64,000 bases of DNA from IMG/VR virus record IMGVR_UViG_3300037455_000533, positions 998 to 64,997 of that record. One strand, written 5' to 3'. The position numbers and the translations under genes are program-made. Source of the DNA: a virus. Taxonomy: Duplodnaviria; Caudoviricetes. The notes under the pieces are model-generated. The model searched no databases and was not told the DNA's origin. It saw only the letters and a list, made by a program, of their open reading frames with translations. How positions within the stretch are numbered: position 1 is the first letter of the stretch; each line of letters begins with the position of its first letter. Positions 44,760 to 55,423 of the stretch are shown here, in pieces.

Positions 44760-47700
44760 TTATGCCTTGGTGTAAGTGAACCAAATATCGTACTGGATGT
44801 TTCCAGAGGTGATACCTTGGTTGTTAGCACAATAGAAACGGAGGGTTTGGCCAGTGTTGGTTGCAAGTGGTCTGAACCAATCGTTACCGCTCCAAACACC
44901 GTTGATGTCATACCAGTTAGTGCCAGCAGTGCCAGACATATCAACCATACCACCTTTGTTGAAGACTTTAGCAGTCTTGGCAACACCTGAACAGATGATG
45001 ATATTACCACCAAGGAGGTTAGTGCCAGTCGTAGTACCTTTCAACCTTTTACCATACAACCCACCACCGAAGTCATACTCAACACCAGCAGTCCATAAGT
45101 CAGGACGGGTGAGGAGTAGGCTGTTCTTGTTAGGTGCGGAGTTAGCAGCGTCGGTGGTCTTGGTATAGTAACAAGTAACCTTTGCAGTCTGACCAGATAG
45201 GTAGCTACCATAACTAAACCATAATGCGTTTGCTGGATTAAATCCACCGACGATAGTGAAGTATTGTTCGACCAAACCAGTTTGTGGCTGCGTACCAGCA
45301 ACAATAGTCCAACCTTGTGTATCGATACAAGTACCTTCGATTTTAACGAATTTATCGATAGTGCTTGGGAGATCGTTAATCGTCCTCTTACCAGTAGCGT
45401 TAAGGACTACATCGAATGACTTCTTATAGAGTGGTTTACCGAGGTATCCGCCGACTAATTGTTCATCAGTAGAATATACATCGTCAGCTGCGATAATGTT
45501 AGCACCAGACCTTGCTACTTCTACGAGTGTAATTTGCGAAGTGATTGCGTAAATCTTACAAGCCTGTTGGACGCTGATACATTCAGCATAAATAACCTTG
45601 TCAGTACTGCTAGTATTTGTATAAATACCAGATGCAGTGCCGTTCAAAGCCCAACCGCCACTGCCACTATGGTCATACGGGTCGACTCTTAAGATGTAGT
45701 TAGACGATCCAACTTCACGGACTCCCCATTCACCATTGGAAATACCACTACCCATCAACCCAATACTCATAATAACTTGGACAGTCATACCAGCAGGAAT
45801 TGTCCATTGACCGTTTGCAGGTTGTGCAAGTGTTGAACCCGTTTTGTTAACGAATGGAATTGTACCAGCTGAAGCTGTCCAGTCGGATGCTAATTTACCA
45901 TCTGCCCAATTAACACCAGCTTTTATGCCGCCACCAGCAACAGTAACAACTGTACCAGTAATAGTGGTGCCAGTGATATCGGTAATAACAGCAACGGATC
46001 CGAATTTATCGCTTACGAGAGTCTTTCCGACAATCAAATCTGCGAGTGCAGGTACGCTACCGTCATCAGACCTTCCGAGTGCAGTACGAGTAAGTGTCTG
46101 TGTTGATCCTACAACGCTAGGCAATGTTTCTGTAGTGTTGTAAACGAATGATGAAGCATCTCCACTTCCACTGATAGTCATAGTAGATACAGTTAATGTA
46201 GTTGACGTATGTGAAGTTACGACGCCAACAGTGCCAGCACCATCATAGATAAGTGTCTCACCGTCGATAATATCAGCTACGGTAAGTCCGCTTACAGTGC
46301 TTGCTAAGACTGATGATGTACCAGTAATTGTTGTGTTGAGAGTATCAGATGTGAGATATGAACCATCTGAAACGTCGCTACGGTCATTGTATGTGAATAA
46401 TACAGTACCAGTATCGTGGTCTTTGACTCTCCAACCAACGATTTCACCGCCAACTGTGACTGATTCAAAGTCATAGGTTGTGTCACCAACATCAGTGTGT
46501 GTAAATAATACAACACCTGTACCGTGGTCTTTGACACGCCATCCGATAGTCTTGCCACCAGATGTGACATCTTCAAAGTCATATTCTGTGTTATCGTTAT
46601 GATCTTGGTCGGTATATGTATAAATTACAACACCTGTATCGTGGTCTTTAACACGCCAACCAGTAACTACATCACCGAGAGTTGTGGTTTCAAAGTCATA
46701 AGTAGTATCTTGGTCTTTTGGAAGTGTTACTGAGCCATCTGCATTCTTAGGGATAGGGTTGCCTGATGGATATTGACCATATTCATAGATATCTGATACA
46801 TAGTTACCAGCATTGAGAGTGTGTGAATATGTCCAAGTGATGTTACCGCTGTTGTCGATTGACTGAATGACCCATTCAGTAAGATGGTCATCGTGGGTTT
46901 CGTCTTCACGGATATATGCATAGTCACCTTGAATTGGTGTTTGCCAACCAAGAGCTGTAGCAGCAGCAGTAGTTGCAGGTAAGTCTGCGTGAGTATCAAC
47001 AGCACCGAGACGTACGCCACGACGCTCACCAGGAGCAGTAGTGACTGTTTCTACGGTCAAGTTGTTTCCATTTACAGCTGTTACTCTACCGAGAGAACCG
47101 AACTCATCGTAGATAAGTGTCTCATTCAATACTACATCAGCAACAACTAAGCCAGTGACAGCAGCTGCAGCGATGGTTGTTGTGCCACCAATAACTGTGG
47201 TAAGAGTACCAGATGTAAAATAAGTACCATCTGATTTGGAAGCTGTAGGTTCAGTGTATGTAAATTTGACTACACCATTTTCCTTGAAGTTCCATCCATT
47301 TGCGGTACTTTCAATAATGTATTCATCGTTTTTGTCTACATAAGTAAAGATAGCTACGCCATCTTTCTTTAACACCCAACCAGTAGAGGTATTCTCTGCG
47401 GTGTATTCTGGCAAACTGCCTGCACCGCCTTTATCTTTGTGGGTGAAAATAACTGAACCACCACGAACGATTTGGAAACCGTCAGCGGTGTCTTCATATC
47501 CGTCGATAGTATCTTTATCGACATAAGTGAAAATTACAGTGTTATTACGTTTTGCACGCCAACCTGTAGAAGTGTTTTCAAACGTATAGCGTTCAATAGT
47601 TCCGCCACCGCCACTTCCAGAGGTCTCGACAAAAGTACCACACTTAGAGTTCCAAACGTAAGTACCTTGGTATGTGCTACAGTCTGAAATATCTTCCATC

Positions 47701-47849
47701 AACACATACTCAACGCCTTCTGAACCTTTATCTGGTAAGGTAGTAACGAACTCGTGACCGCCATCACCATTACTTGGTAAAGAAGGGACTACGATAGGGC
47801 TCTCATATGTAGGGTCGCCACTGCATTCTCCTGGCTTACAATTTGCCAT
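44760..47849 (-). CDS. Large modular virion fibre protein (start at MANCKP)
   Basis: Repeated GWRVKDHDTG and TL..D..G.(L/V)..VT modules; GAAAGGA RBS. Confidence 0.7.
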   Translation of the reverse strand: MANCKPGECSGDPTYESPIVVPSLPSNGDGGHEFVTTLPDKGSEGVEYVLMEDISDCSTYQGTYVWNSKCGTFVETSGSGGGGTIERYTFENTSTGWRAKRNNTVIFTYVDKDTIDGYEDTADGFQIVRGGSVIFTHKDKGGAGSLPEYTAENTSTGWVLKKDGVAIFTYVDKNDEYIIESTANGWNFKENGVVKFTYTEPTASKSDGTYFTSGTLTTVIGGTTTIAAAAVTGLVVADVVLNETLIYDEFGSLGRVTAVNGNNLTVETVTTAPGERRGVRLGAVDTHADLPATTAAATALGWQTPIQGDYAYIREDETHDDHLTEWVIQSIDNSGNITWTYSHTLNAGNYVSDIYEYGQYPSGNPIPKNADGSVTLPKDQDTTYDFETTTLGDVVTGWRVKDHDTGVVIYTYTDQDHNDNTEYDFEDVTSGGKTIGWRVKDHGTGVVLFTHTDVGDTTYDFESVTVGGEIVGWRVKDHDTGTVLFTYNDRSDVSDGSYLTSDTLNTTITGTSSVLASTVSGLTVADIIDGETLIYDGAGTVGVVTSHTSTTLTVSTMTISGSGDASSFVYNTTETLPSVVGSTQTLTRTALGRSDDGSVPALADLIVGKTLVSDKFGSVAVITDITGTTITGTVVTVAGGGIKAGVNWADGKLASDWTASAGTIPFVNKTGSTLAQPANGQWTIPAGMTVQVIMSIGLMGSGISNGEWGVREVGSSNYILRVDPYDHSGSGGWALNGTASGIYTNTSSTDKVIYAECISVQQACKIYAITSQITLVEVARSGANIIAADDVYSTDEQLVGGYLGKPLYKKSFDVVLNATGKRTINDLPSTIDKFVKIEGTCIDTQGWTIVAGTQPQTGLVEQYFTIVGGFNPANALWFSYGSYLSGQTAKVTCYYTKTTDAANSAPNKNSLLLTRPDLWTAGVEYDFGGGLYGKRLKGTTTGTNLLGGNIIICSGVAKTAKVFNKGGMVDMSGTAGTNWYDINGVWSGNDWFRPLATNTGQTLRFYCANNQGITSGNIQYDIWFTYTKA

Positions 47850-47880
47850 ATCTTTCCTTTCTGAAAATAACATATTTAAA

Positions 47881-47916
47881 ATGGGGGAGGGGAGAGGAAC
47901 TCAGACCCTCCCCCAT
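47881..47916 (-). terminator. Hairpin after the major tail gene
   Basis: ATGGGGGAGGG/CCCTCCCCCAT 11-bp stem. Confidence 0.55.
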
Positions 47917-47935
47917 ACAAAGATTGTATTATAAA

Positions 47936-49324
47936 TTAGCCTTCGGTAATTTTTGCAATCTTTTTGCGGACACCATTTTCGTCAGCAGCGATAGTGAACT
48001 CGAGTTCAACAGTAGTTTCGTCTGAGCGAGAAATGTTGTTTGCGTGGGTGGTCATAAATGCATTCTCATAGAGATGCCATTCGACTGAACCATCTTTCTT
48101 GCGGAGAGGAGCAAGGATGTTTACGTGGAAGTCACGGAATTCATTCGTGATGCTGTAAACTTCTGCAGTTCTCTTCTGGCGATAGATGATGTTAAGCTCT
48201 TGACCAATCCAGTCTTTACCGACAATGATTTGACCCATTGAAGCGTCACCATTGTAATCAGTAGTGAGAACTTGGAATTTGTCGCCATCTGCTTCACCGT
48301 CGATTACTGGAACTGGTGCAGAGACACGAGTGAGCTCTGATGAGTTACCAGCACAACCTGGAGTTTGGATGTAGACGAAGCCACAGTCGCCTTCAATCAT
48401 ATCTGAAAGTTGGATGTAGCCATATCCAGCAAGTTCGCCTTCACCAGCGATGACGGTACGAGTAACGACGTGGAGAACGCCGAACTCTTCTTCATCAGTC
48501 TTGTGGAGAGCTGGGTTAGCATATTTGAGGTTTTCTGACCATTTGTTTGCAGTGATGGTTGCAGTCATTGAACCTGAGTTTGGATCAAACTCTGAGGTTG
48601 AACAAGCACCTTCAACAACGTCAAATGATTGGTTATCACCCCAAGTGTCGATACAAGAAACGAGAACGGTCTTGTTAAGTTCGAGATCTTCAAGAGATTC
48701 ATAGAATGCGATTGAAGATACACCGACCATATCGTCAGCACTAAGGTTAGTTGCATCGATTGAGAAGCGGAGGATAGCACCGATAGTTGATGGTGTCCAA
48801 CCGTTTCCTTCTGAAATTGCATCAGTCAAATCGAATTTAACTGGGTAGAGAGCAGAACCATCACCAGATTTGGTTGCGTGAACCTTAGTAGTGATTTTGT
48901 CTGAATCTGTGAAATCAGCTGCAGTGTAGTCAGCGATTTCGAGAGTGACATCGTGGTCACCTTCTGGAAGAAGGATGTAAGCAGTTACGATACCAGTTGC
49001 GTAAAGAGTTGCATCCATAGTCTTCTTGAAGTTACCGATGACAGGAGCAACAACTGTACCTTCTTCTTCAGTAACTTTACCCTGGTAAGTACCAGTGTTG
49101 TAACATTTGTTCTTGCTACAGCCGAAAGCATCTTCAGGAGTGTTTGCAGCGTTGTAGTAAGCACCTACGAGGCCAGAAACACCTGTGTTAAGAATGGTAC
49201 GAGTATCAATCTTTGCACAAGATGCGAGGTCATCGAGGATTGAAATAGCGATGAGATCATCGTTTTTGAGTTTTCCAACTTGGTCGAGACGTACGACGAA
49301 GCCTTTTGAATCACATTTAGCCAT
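47936..49324 (-). CDS. Major tail tube protein (with extra N-terminal domain)
   Basis: 462 aa with strong high-expression codon bias; C-terminal LYENAFMTT...SRSDETTVELEFTI typical of tube proteins. Confidence 0.55.
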   Translation of the reverse strand: MAKCDSKGFVVRLDQVGKLKNDDLIAISILDDLASCAKIDTRTILNTGVSGLVGAYYNAANTPEDAFGCSKNKCYNTGTYQGKVTEEEGTVVAPVIGNFKKTMDATLYATGIVTAYILLPEGDHDVTLEIADYTAADFTDSDKITTKVHATKSGDGSALYPVKFDLTDAISEGNGWTPSTIGAILRFSIDATNLSADDMVGVSSIAFYESLEDLELNKTVLVSCIDTWGDNQSFDVVEGACSTSEFDPNSGSMTATITANKWSENLKYANPALHKTDEEEFGVLHVVTRTVIAGEGELAGYGYIQLSDMIEGDCGFVYIQTPGCAGNSSELTRVSAPVPVIDGEADGDKFQVLTTDYNGDASMGQIIVGKDWIGQELNIIYRQKRTAEVYSITNEFRDFHVNILAPLRKKDGSVEWHLYENAFMTTHANNISRSDETTVELEFTIAADENGVRKKIAKITEG

Positions 49325-49339
49325 AATTCAGTTTACCTC

Positions 49340-49519
49340 TTATTTATTGATTTTAGCTGCCATACGGTCAAAACCGCGTTGCATCTTAGGGGTCATATTG
49401 CCAGCTTCTTCAACCGCTTTCATACGGTTAGCAAGAGCTTGAGCTTTAGAAATAGATTTTTTAGCGAAGACAGCCTTCTGAGCTGGAGCCTCACCTTCGG
49501 CCTTAAGTTCTTTAGCCAT
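49340..49519 (-). CDS. 59-aa basic Ala/Lys protein (not in ORF track)
   Basis: MAKELKAEGEAPAQKAVFAKKS...AAKINK; GAAAGGA RBS; first gene upstream of the major tail gene. Confidence 0.7.
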   Translation of the reverse strand: MAKELKAEGEAPAQKAVFAKKSISKAQALANRMKAVEEAGNMTPKMQRGFDRMAAKINK

Positions 49520-49620
49520 AAGTTTCCTTTCTAATGTAACCTTCTGGGTTTACAAAGGTGTCGTATAACCTTATAGTAGCACAAAAACTAGAAAAATTTT
49601 TTAGAGGTATAATAAAAGTA

Positions 49621-51285
49621 ATGATTACAAACACTCGAGAAAGTATGCTGTCACACGAGAGTCAAGAATATATTGACTCACGTCCTGACTGGGTATTTGG
49701 TAAGATACCTGATTTATCTGATTACCGTAAATTATCTGTAGACTCTTTTGATGAAGCCTTTACACTTGCTCGTCTTGGACAGGAGATGGCATCTGGAGTT
49801 CTACCAACCGTACACGGAAAACCTCTTCGTTTAACATTCACACAAGCACTTATCGTAGGGGCAGCTGTTATTGACCGTCCACACGCAGAGCAACTCGGCC
49901 TAGACTTTGAAAAGTACCGTTCTGTCTTGATGGTTACGCCTTCACGCTATGGTAAGTCGTTCCTAAATGCTATTGCCTGTATTATTATGGCAGGTGGTGC
50001 TGGTAAAGAGATTAACATTGGTGGTGCAACAAAAGACAAGGCTGGCATTATCCAGAATAAAATAGTTCAGTTGTTACCTGATACCATCCCAGCTATTCAA
50101 AACGGGCTCGTTGTATCAGACGAAGATGGCTCAGTTAACAAAAAGATTCAACGTCTTGCTACTCAGACATCTAAGGAAAGCCTTATGTGGCAGAATGGCG
50201 GCTCAATTAAGTCATTTTCAACAAACGAAGGTCAGAAGACATCGGACGTCCAATCTGCAGGTGCTATCGGTATTGGTGGTGATTACTGTGTATTCGACGA
50301 GATTCAGCTTATGTCACCTGTTGGTTTTCGTACAGCATCAAGGTTTATGATGGAAGGGCCAGATACTAAACGTTTTTGTGTTGGCAACCCACAGATTAAT
50401 GGTCACTTCAAAGACCTATATGATGATCCTGGTACATTCGTAATCCACATCAACGACATCACAGCAATCGTTGAAGGTCGTATGACACGCAAAGGATTCG
50501 AGCTCACAGATATTCCTACATATTCCAACGAGTACCGTGCATTTATTGAGGTTGAATTCCCTGATGAGAAGTCTGGTACAAGGTTTTTCTCAACTATGCC
50601 AGATGTATACGACGAAGCACATCACGAGAAAGCATACTCAAAGATGTACTTTATGGGCATCGACTCTGCTTATAAAGGTGCAGATGGTATCATCGTCACT
50701 CTTCTCAGCCTCAATCAAAATGGTTCCGAGCGTTGGGTAGTAGTTGAAAAGCAAATTGATATGAAAAAAGGTATCACGAACTGGGAGGAAGGCACTACAT
50801 TCGACATTTCTCTACAGATTCTTAAACTCTGGGAAGAATATGGTGTAGTTGCAGGATGTATCGATATCGGCTTTGGTATCCATATTTATGAGCAAATGCT
50901 ACAAATCCACCCAGATTTGCCTCTTGAGCCTATCAACTTCTCGGAAAAGCCTACAGAAAGCCGTGTAGAGACAGATTACAACGCAAAATATGCATTTAAC
51001 AAGCGTGCAGAGATGCACCTTGATATGAAAGATCTCTGTGAAAACCATATTTTAGAGGTTAAGAATGAATGTTACGAGGATATGATTCGCCAAATGCGTG
51101 AAGTTGGTAACACTCCAGAGATGAACAAGACTAAGATTGAACCTAAGAAGAAAATCAAAGAACGTCTCGGACGCTCTCCAGATAACCTTGACTCTGCTTG
51201 TCTTGCTGTGCACGCTATGGTTCTGTCTGGAGCTGTTGCTGGAGTTGGAGAAGTGGATGACGAGACTCTTATGGAGTTCTTGTAA
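49621..51285 (+). CDS. terL: Terminase large subunit
   Basis: PSRYGKS Walker A, VFDEIQ Walker B, VGNP motif III, nuclease MGIDSA and GRSPDNLDS. Start placed at ATG 49621 after TATAAT (track start 49558). Confidence 0.9.
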   Translation: MITNTRESMLSHESQEYIDSRPDWVFGKIPDLSDYRKLSVDSFDEAFTLARLGQEMASGVLPTVHGKPLRLTFTQALIVGAAVIDRPHAEQLGLDFEKYRSVLMVTPSRYGKSFLNAIACIIMAGGAGKEINIGGATKDKAGIIQNKIVQLLPDTIPAIQNGLVVSDEDGSVNKKIQRLATQTSKESLMWQNGGSIKSFSTNEGQKTSDVQSAGAIGIGGDYCVFDEIQLMSPVGFRTASRFMMEGPDTKRFCVGNPQINGHFKDLYDDPGTFVIHINDITAIVEGRMTRKGFELTDIPTYSNEYRAFIEVEFPDEKSGTRFFSTMPDVYDEAHHEKAYSKMYFMGIDSAYKGADGIIVTLLSLNQNGSERWVVVEKQIDMKKGITNWEEGTTFDISLQILKLWEEYGVVAGCIDIGFGIHIYEQMLQIHPDLPLEPINFSEKPTESRVETDYNAKYAFNKRAEMHLDMKDLCENHILEVKNECYEDMIRQMREVGNTPEMNKTKIEPKKKIKERLGRSPDNLDSACLAVHAMVLSGAVAGVGEVDDETLMEFL

Positions 51286-51617
51286 TGAAATATGAAATGA
51301 AGAATGAGACGCATAAGCAGCGTAGCAAACGTTTCAAGCAGTATTATGAACAAAACAAAGAAAAGATGATTGAGACGCATAGGCAGAATGTGTACAAGAA
51401 AATCACAGAATTTCAAGCTAGAGCTAATAATATGCGTAAAAAGGGTGGTGATGAGAGCAGGAAGAGGTTTGTACAGAAGCGTAAAGACCTTAAAGAGCTC
51501 GCAGAGCTTAACGGATTCTCTATCCAGGGGAAAGACTCTCTTAGCGAGAAAGATTTGGATAAATCAATCGAGTTTTTCTCACGATTGGCAAAAGAACGTG
51601 GTAAAATGAAAAAGTAA
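51285..51617 (+). CDS. Basic hypothetical protein
   Basis: 110 aa, coupled to the terL stop. Confidence 0.65.
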   Translation: MKYEMKNETHKQRSKRFKQYYEQNKEKMIETHRQNVYKKITEFQARANNMRKKGGDESRKRFVQKRKDLKELAELNGFSIQGKDSLSEKDLDKSIEFFSRLAKERGKMKK

Positions 51618-51669
51618 TAATATTTAACAGTTCCCACTCTTAAATTAATATTACAACCTCGAGTCACAA

Positions 51670-51697
51670 AAAATACCCCAGTGAGGAGGTATTTTTT
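51670..51697. terminator. Bidirectional terminator between convergent genes
   Basis: AATACCCC/GAGGTATT stem flanked by A and T runs. Confidence 0.6.
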
Positions 51698-51710
51698 GAT
51701 TCTAGGTGGA

Positions 51711-52865
51711 TTACATACCTGGGTTTGCGGTAACCTTTGGATAGCGTTGACCGATAACACCTGCGTTGACGAATCCATCGAGACCGCTGAGGGCGAGGCT
51801 GTCACAGATAGAGCCGAGCTTGACGTTGTTGATGAGAACGAGACCGTTCCAGTTAGTAACAACAGTCGTACCAGCGTTGTGCATTGTGATACAGTGGCCA
51901 CCACAGTCTTCTTGGCTGTCGATGCGTTTAACGTATGGGTTTGTAATATCACGGATGAACTTGATACCAACTTTGCTTGGATCGATGAGCCAGATTGAAG
52001 TTGTGTTATCTTCAAGGTCGACATCGACATAGCGAGAAGTGATGATGTTCATACCACGGTAAGAAACACCGTTAGCAGTGAGTTTCCATTCAGTGAATGG
52101 ATCGCTCTTGAGGTATGTACGAACTTCGTTCTTAAGGGTTGGCATAAGGATTGGGTTAATAGCGATGATGTAGTTACCAACGCTTTGACCCATAGCTGAA
52201 AGACGGCAATCAAGAGCCATAATGCTTGAAAGTACGCCTGCTGAGCCATCCATCTTCAATACACGGTCGTCGAGGAGACGTGAAAGAAGACCGTTGAATG
52301 GACGCATACCGTCACCAGAGAATTCTGGAGTACCGAGGATAGCGTTGCGTTCAAAGATGAACTTAGCATATTCAGCGACGAATTTAGCACGCTTTGCAGC
52401 GATTGATTTACCAGTTTCGCTCCAAGGCATACGGATATCAGAACCGTGTTGTTTGACTTCTTGTTCCATCATCTCATCGAGTGATGTAGCGACACAGTCT
52501 TTAACACAGAGCTCGTCGATTCCGAGTTTGTAGCGACAAGCGGTTACTGATGGGGTTCCAACACAACAACCTTGACCATCATCGTCGATTCCGACTGGAG
52601 TGTCAGTGATTGTGTATGGGGTCTGGATATAATATTTGTCCTTGCCAGACTTACAAGGATCAATGTAGATCTCTGCTGAACGAGCGACTCCGTTGTTGAC
52701 GAGAGCACGTACAAGACCATCAGGTTGTGCAGCAGTGCGGTTGATGGTTGCGTCGTGTTGGTCATCACGAATGCCAATAACGACAGTGTCGATGGCATTT
52801 GTGCCGAAGGAGTTCATAATCTCATTAAGCTCGATAGGGTTTTTACCTTCAAATTGGAAAGCCAT
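51711..52865 (-). CDS. Major capsid protein
   Basis: 384 aa, downstream of the protease/scaffold gene; FERNAILGT...PFNGLL and IIAINP match HK97-fold motifs; high-expression codons. Confidence 0.8.
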   Translation of the reverse strand: MAFQFEGKNPIELNEIMNSFGTNAIDTVVIGIRDDQHDATINRTAAQPDGLVRALVNNGVARSAEIYIDPCKSGKDKYYIQTPYTITDTPVGIDDDGQGCCVGTPSVTACRYKLGIDELCVKDCVATSLDEMMEQEVKQHGSDIRMPWSETGKSIAAKRAKFVAEYAKFIFERNAILGTPEFSGDGMRPFNGLLSRLLDDRVLKMDGSAGVLSSIMALDCRLSAMGQSVGNYIIAINPILMPTLKNEVRTYLKSDPFTEWKLTANGVSYRGMNIITSRYVDVDLEDNTTSIWLIDPSKVGIKFIRDITNPYVKRIDSQEDCGGHCITMHNAGTTVVTNWNGLVLINNVKLGSICDSLALSGLDGFVNAGVIGQRYPKVTANPGM

Positions 52866-52880
52866 AATTAGTCCTTCTTA

Positions 52881-54080
52881 TTATTTAAGGTTTGCGAACG
52901 CAGCACTGTATTCGTCTACGATTTCGTCACCTTCAGATTTTTCAGGGGTCGTCTTAGCATCACCTTCATCATTAGCAGGTTCAGCAGCAGTTGTGAACTC
53001 AAGCATTGATTCAAGCTTGTTCATAAATGCGTTCTTTGCTTCTGCTTTAGCGGAAAGTTTAGCTTCTAATTCAGCAATCTTTGCGTCTTTTTCAGCAATT
53101 TTTGCACGAAGTTCGTTGATTGCAGTTTCGAACTTCTCTGCTAATTCTGCTTCTCCATCGTCTGCAGAGACTTCTTCGGCAGGAGCCTCTTCAGGTTCGT
53201 CAGACGATTCAGCCTCTTCAACCTCTTCAGGTTCTTCGACTTCGTCTGCAGAAGCGTCGATTTGCTCTTCAGCTGGTTCATCAGCAACTTCCTCTTCTGG
53301 GGCTTCAACTGCTGGTTCTTCAGCAACTTCAACCTCAGCTTCAGGAGCAGCTACGACTTCAGCTTCTTGCTGGTCTTTTAACTCTTCTGGGTCCATAATT
53401 TCCTTTTCCGTCGAGGCTTTGTTTAAAAGTCCCTCGTCGTATGAGTTAGCATTCTTTGGGGAGTCAACCACAGCATAACCTGTGATTTGAATCTCGTCAA
53501 TGAGTGGAACTAGATAGTCAAAGTCTTGTTTGATACCAGTAATAGTACTCTGTTTGACGAATTCGTTTTCCTCGCTCCAGAACTCGGAGGAGATAGCTTT
53601 TCGATTACCCATACGCTTTAAGTCACGCACGGCGTAAAGTTCGTCGTCTAGCTTCACATTGACGTCGACACCGTATCTTCCGTCTTCTAATTTGACTAAT
53701 CTGAGGTCAGATTTAGTAAAAGTACCAAGATCAATAGAACGGTTGTGGTCTTTATCAATATTTCCAACGAAGTCGTCAGGTAATGAATTGTACCATTTCT
53801 TGATAACACCTTTACGAATTACAGCGTAAAGGCTACCATCGCCTTCAACTACAACACCTTCATCCAGAAGACGAACAAAATTATCATTTGTGCCATCCTC
53901 AAAGTCAACGGCTTTACCTGTGAATTCGAGCTGTCCAGAGACTCCTCCTTCGGCTTCGTATGCACAGCGTCTATCCCATTTCTTCTTGATAGCTTGGCGT
54001 TGGTTCACATTCTGACGAATCATACGTGAAAGTGCAGCATTGCTACGGTCTTTAAGTTTGTAATCGTTTTGTCCAAACAT
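52881..54080 (-). CDS. Prohead protease fused to acidic scaffold
   Basis: IDKDH, AISSEF and GYAVVDSPKN in HK97-protease order; Glu/Ala/Pro-rich linker and coiled coil. Confidence 0.7.
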   Translation of the reverse strand: MFGQNDYKLKDRSNAALSRMIRQNVNQRQAIKKKWDRRCAYEAEGGVSGQLEFTGKAVDFEDGTNDNFVRLLDEGVVVEGDGSLYAVIRKGVIKKWYNSLPDDFVGNIDKDHNRSIDLGTFTKSDLRLVKLEDGRYGVDVNVKLDDELYAVRDLKRMGNRKAISSEFWSEENEFVKQSTITGIKQDFDYLVPLIDEIQITGYAVVDSPKNANSYDEGLLNKASTEKEIMDPEELKDQQEAEVVAAPEAEVEVAEEPAVEAPEEEVADEPAEEQIDASADEVEEPEEVEEAESSDEPEEAPAEEVSADDGEAELAEKFETAINELRAKIAEKDAKIAELEAKLSAKAEAKNAFMNKLESMLEFTTAAEPANDEGDAKTTPEKSEGDEIVDEYSAAFANLK

Positions 54081-54397
54081 TAGTCGTCCTCCAATATCAC
54101 AAACGGACTGAAGAAAGCCTTAGGTTTAGCTGACGTACAAGTTCCACATTTTTTGACTTCGTATTCGATGCCAGCTGATTCGAGCTGAGCTTTGAGGTCA
54201 GCTGTGAGAACCATCTTTTCACGCACGTCGCCAATTTCACCTTTAATATACTGGACAGCGACAGGGTCGGTAAGAGAATAAATAGTATTCGGGAGAAACG
54301 TCATTCTCTTGTTTGTCTCAATGCCCGGTTTGTCGCCAGAACACATTACGATTCTGTCGATTGCCCCTACAAAGATGTCGTTTAACTTGAACTTCAT
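54080..54397 (-). CDS. Hypothetical head-module protein (CxxC)
   Basis: KKCGTCTS; coupled to the protease gene. Confidence 0.7.
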   Translation of the reverse strand: MKFKLNDIFVGAIDRIVMCSGDKPGIETNKRMTFLPNTIYSLTDPVAVQYIKGEIGDVREKMVLTADLKAQLESAGIEYEVKKCGTCTSAKPKAFFSPFVILEDD

Positions 54398-54403
54398 AAA
54401 CCT

Positions 54404-54604
54404 TTAGCCTCTTTTTGTAGCTTGTTTAATTTTTTCACGCATAAATGCTTGGATTCCAGTGCCAGAGATTGTTTCAATCTCAGCGAGCTTCTTGTCCATA
54501 TCTACAACTTCGGTTTCAACTGCTTTAGCAGCTTTAGCCTTCCTGAAGATAGGTTTTTTCTCTTTTACTGGAGCTTCTTTCTTAGCGTTCTTCTTGCGAG
54601 CCAT
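54404..54604 (-). CDS. Small basic hypothetical protein
   Basis: AAGGAG RBS. Confidence 0.65.
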   Translation of the reverse strand: MARKKNAKKEAPVKEKKPIFRKAKAAKAVETEVVDMDKKLAEIETISGTGIQAFMREKIKQATKRG

Positions 54605-54615
54605 ATCTAAACTCC

Positions 54616-54906
54616 TTAGCTTTCGTCACCAGGACAGTTTGGAATAGGGTCTTCACAAGCAGGAGCCTCTGCTTCTGCTTTACCAGAAGTGAGAGTTGCG
54701 ACAAGGCAGAATCCACAAGCAGCAGAATTCATATCGTAGTATTTAGTCTCTTTACGAGTAGCGTCATAAAGACTTACGAAACGAGGATTGTCCTCAAGAT
54801 TCTGTTGCATAGTACGAGCTGCATTGCCTGTTAAAGTGACCTGACCATCGCTCGTTTCGAGAACGAGTTGCTTGGTGTACTTTACTGGGTCATCGTATCG
54901 TGCCAT
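54616..54906 (-). CDS. Hypothetical protein (CxxC)
   Basis: AACGFCL; AAAGGA RBS. Confidence 0.7.
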   Translation of the reverse strand: MARYDDPVKYTKQLVLETSDGQVTLTGNAARTMQQNLEDNPRFVSLYDATRKETKYYDMNSAACGFCLVATLTSGKAEAEAPACEDPIPNCPGDES

Positions 54907-54982
54907 ACTTGAAATCCTTTCAATGCATTTGGCAATTTAAGATGGTGTCGTTTAACTATAGAGTAGCACAATTTCCAAGAAA

Positions 54983-55423
54983 TTATTTTTTATCGTGGAA
55001 ATTAACCCAAATACGGTAATCCTTGTCTCTCTTAAGGTCTGCATATTGCTTGAGATTGCGTCCCAAGTCCCATACATTTACCTTAATGTTGAGATGGCCT
55101 TTATCATCGTATTGGGTTCGTACTAAATAGCTTGTGCGGCATCGTCCACACTCAATTAATTCTGTTTGGTCACCAGTGCCACCACCAATAATAGTCTTAA
55201 CAAGAGAATTACAGCGGTGGATCGTATCAGGACGCTTAACGAAAAGTGATTGGCACTTTAACTGTAAAGCATCTACTGGCTTCTTCCCATCATATTCAAA
55301 CTTATATTCTTGCACAGTTGGCTTTTTTATCTCAAAAACGCCACCTACACAATCTTTTGATACCTCTTCACTGAGCGTAGGGATGAGATATTCTGGCTTC
55401 TTGTCTGATTTATTGGATGTCAT
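54983..55423 (-). CDS. Hypothetical zinc-ribbon-like protein (start at MTSNKS)
   Basis: C...C and CGRC; GGAGA RBS. Confidence 0.6.
   Translation of the reverse strand: MTSNKSDKKPEYLIPTLSEEVSKDCVGGVFEIKKPTVQEYKFEYDGKKPVDALQLKCQSLFVKRPDTIHRCNSLVKTIIGGGTGDQTELIECGRCRTSYLVRTQYDDKGHLNIKVNVWDLGRNLKQYADLKRDKDYRIWVNFHDKK

Noticed and set aside
52693-53478. 261-aa plus-strand Ser/Ala-rich ORF
   Set aside because: Mirror of the Glu/Ala-rich scaffold linker on the opposite strand.
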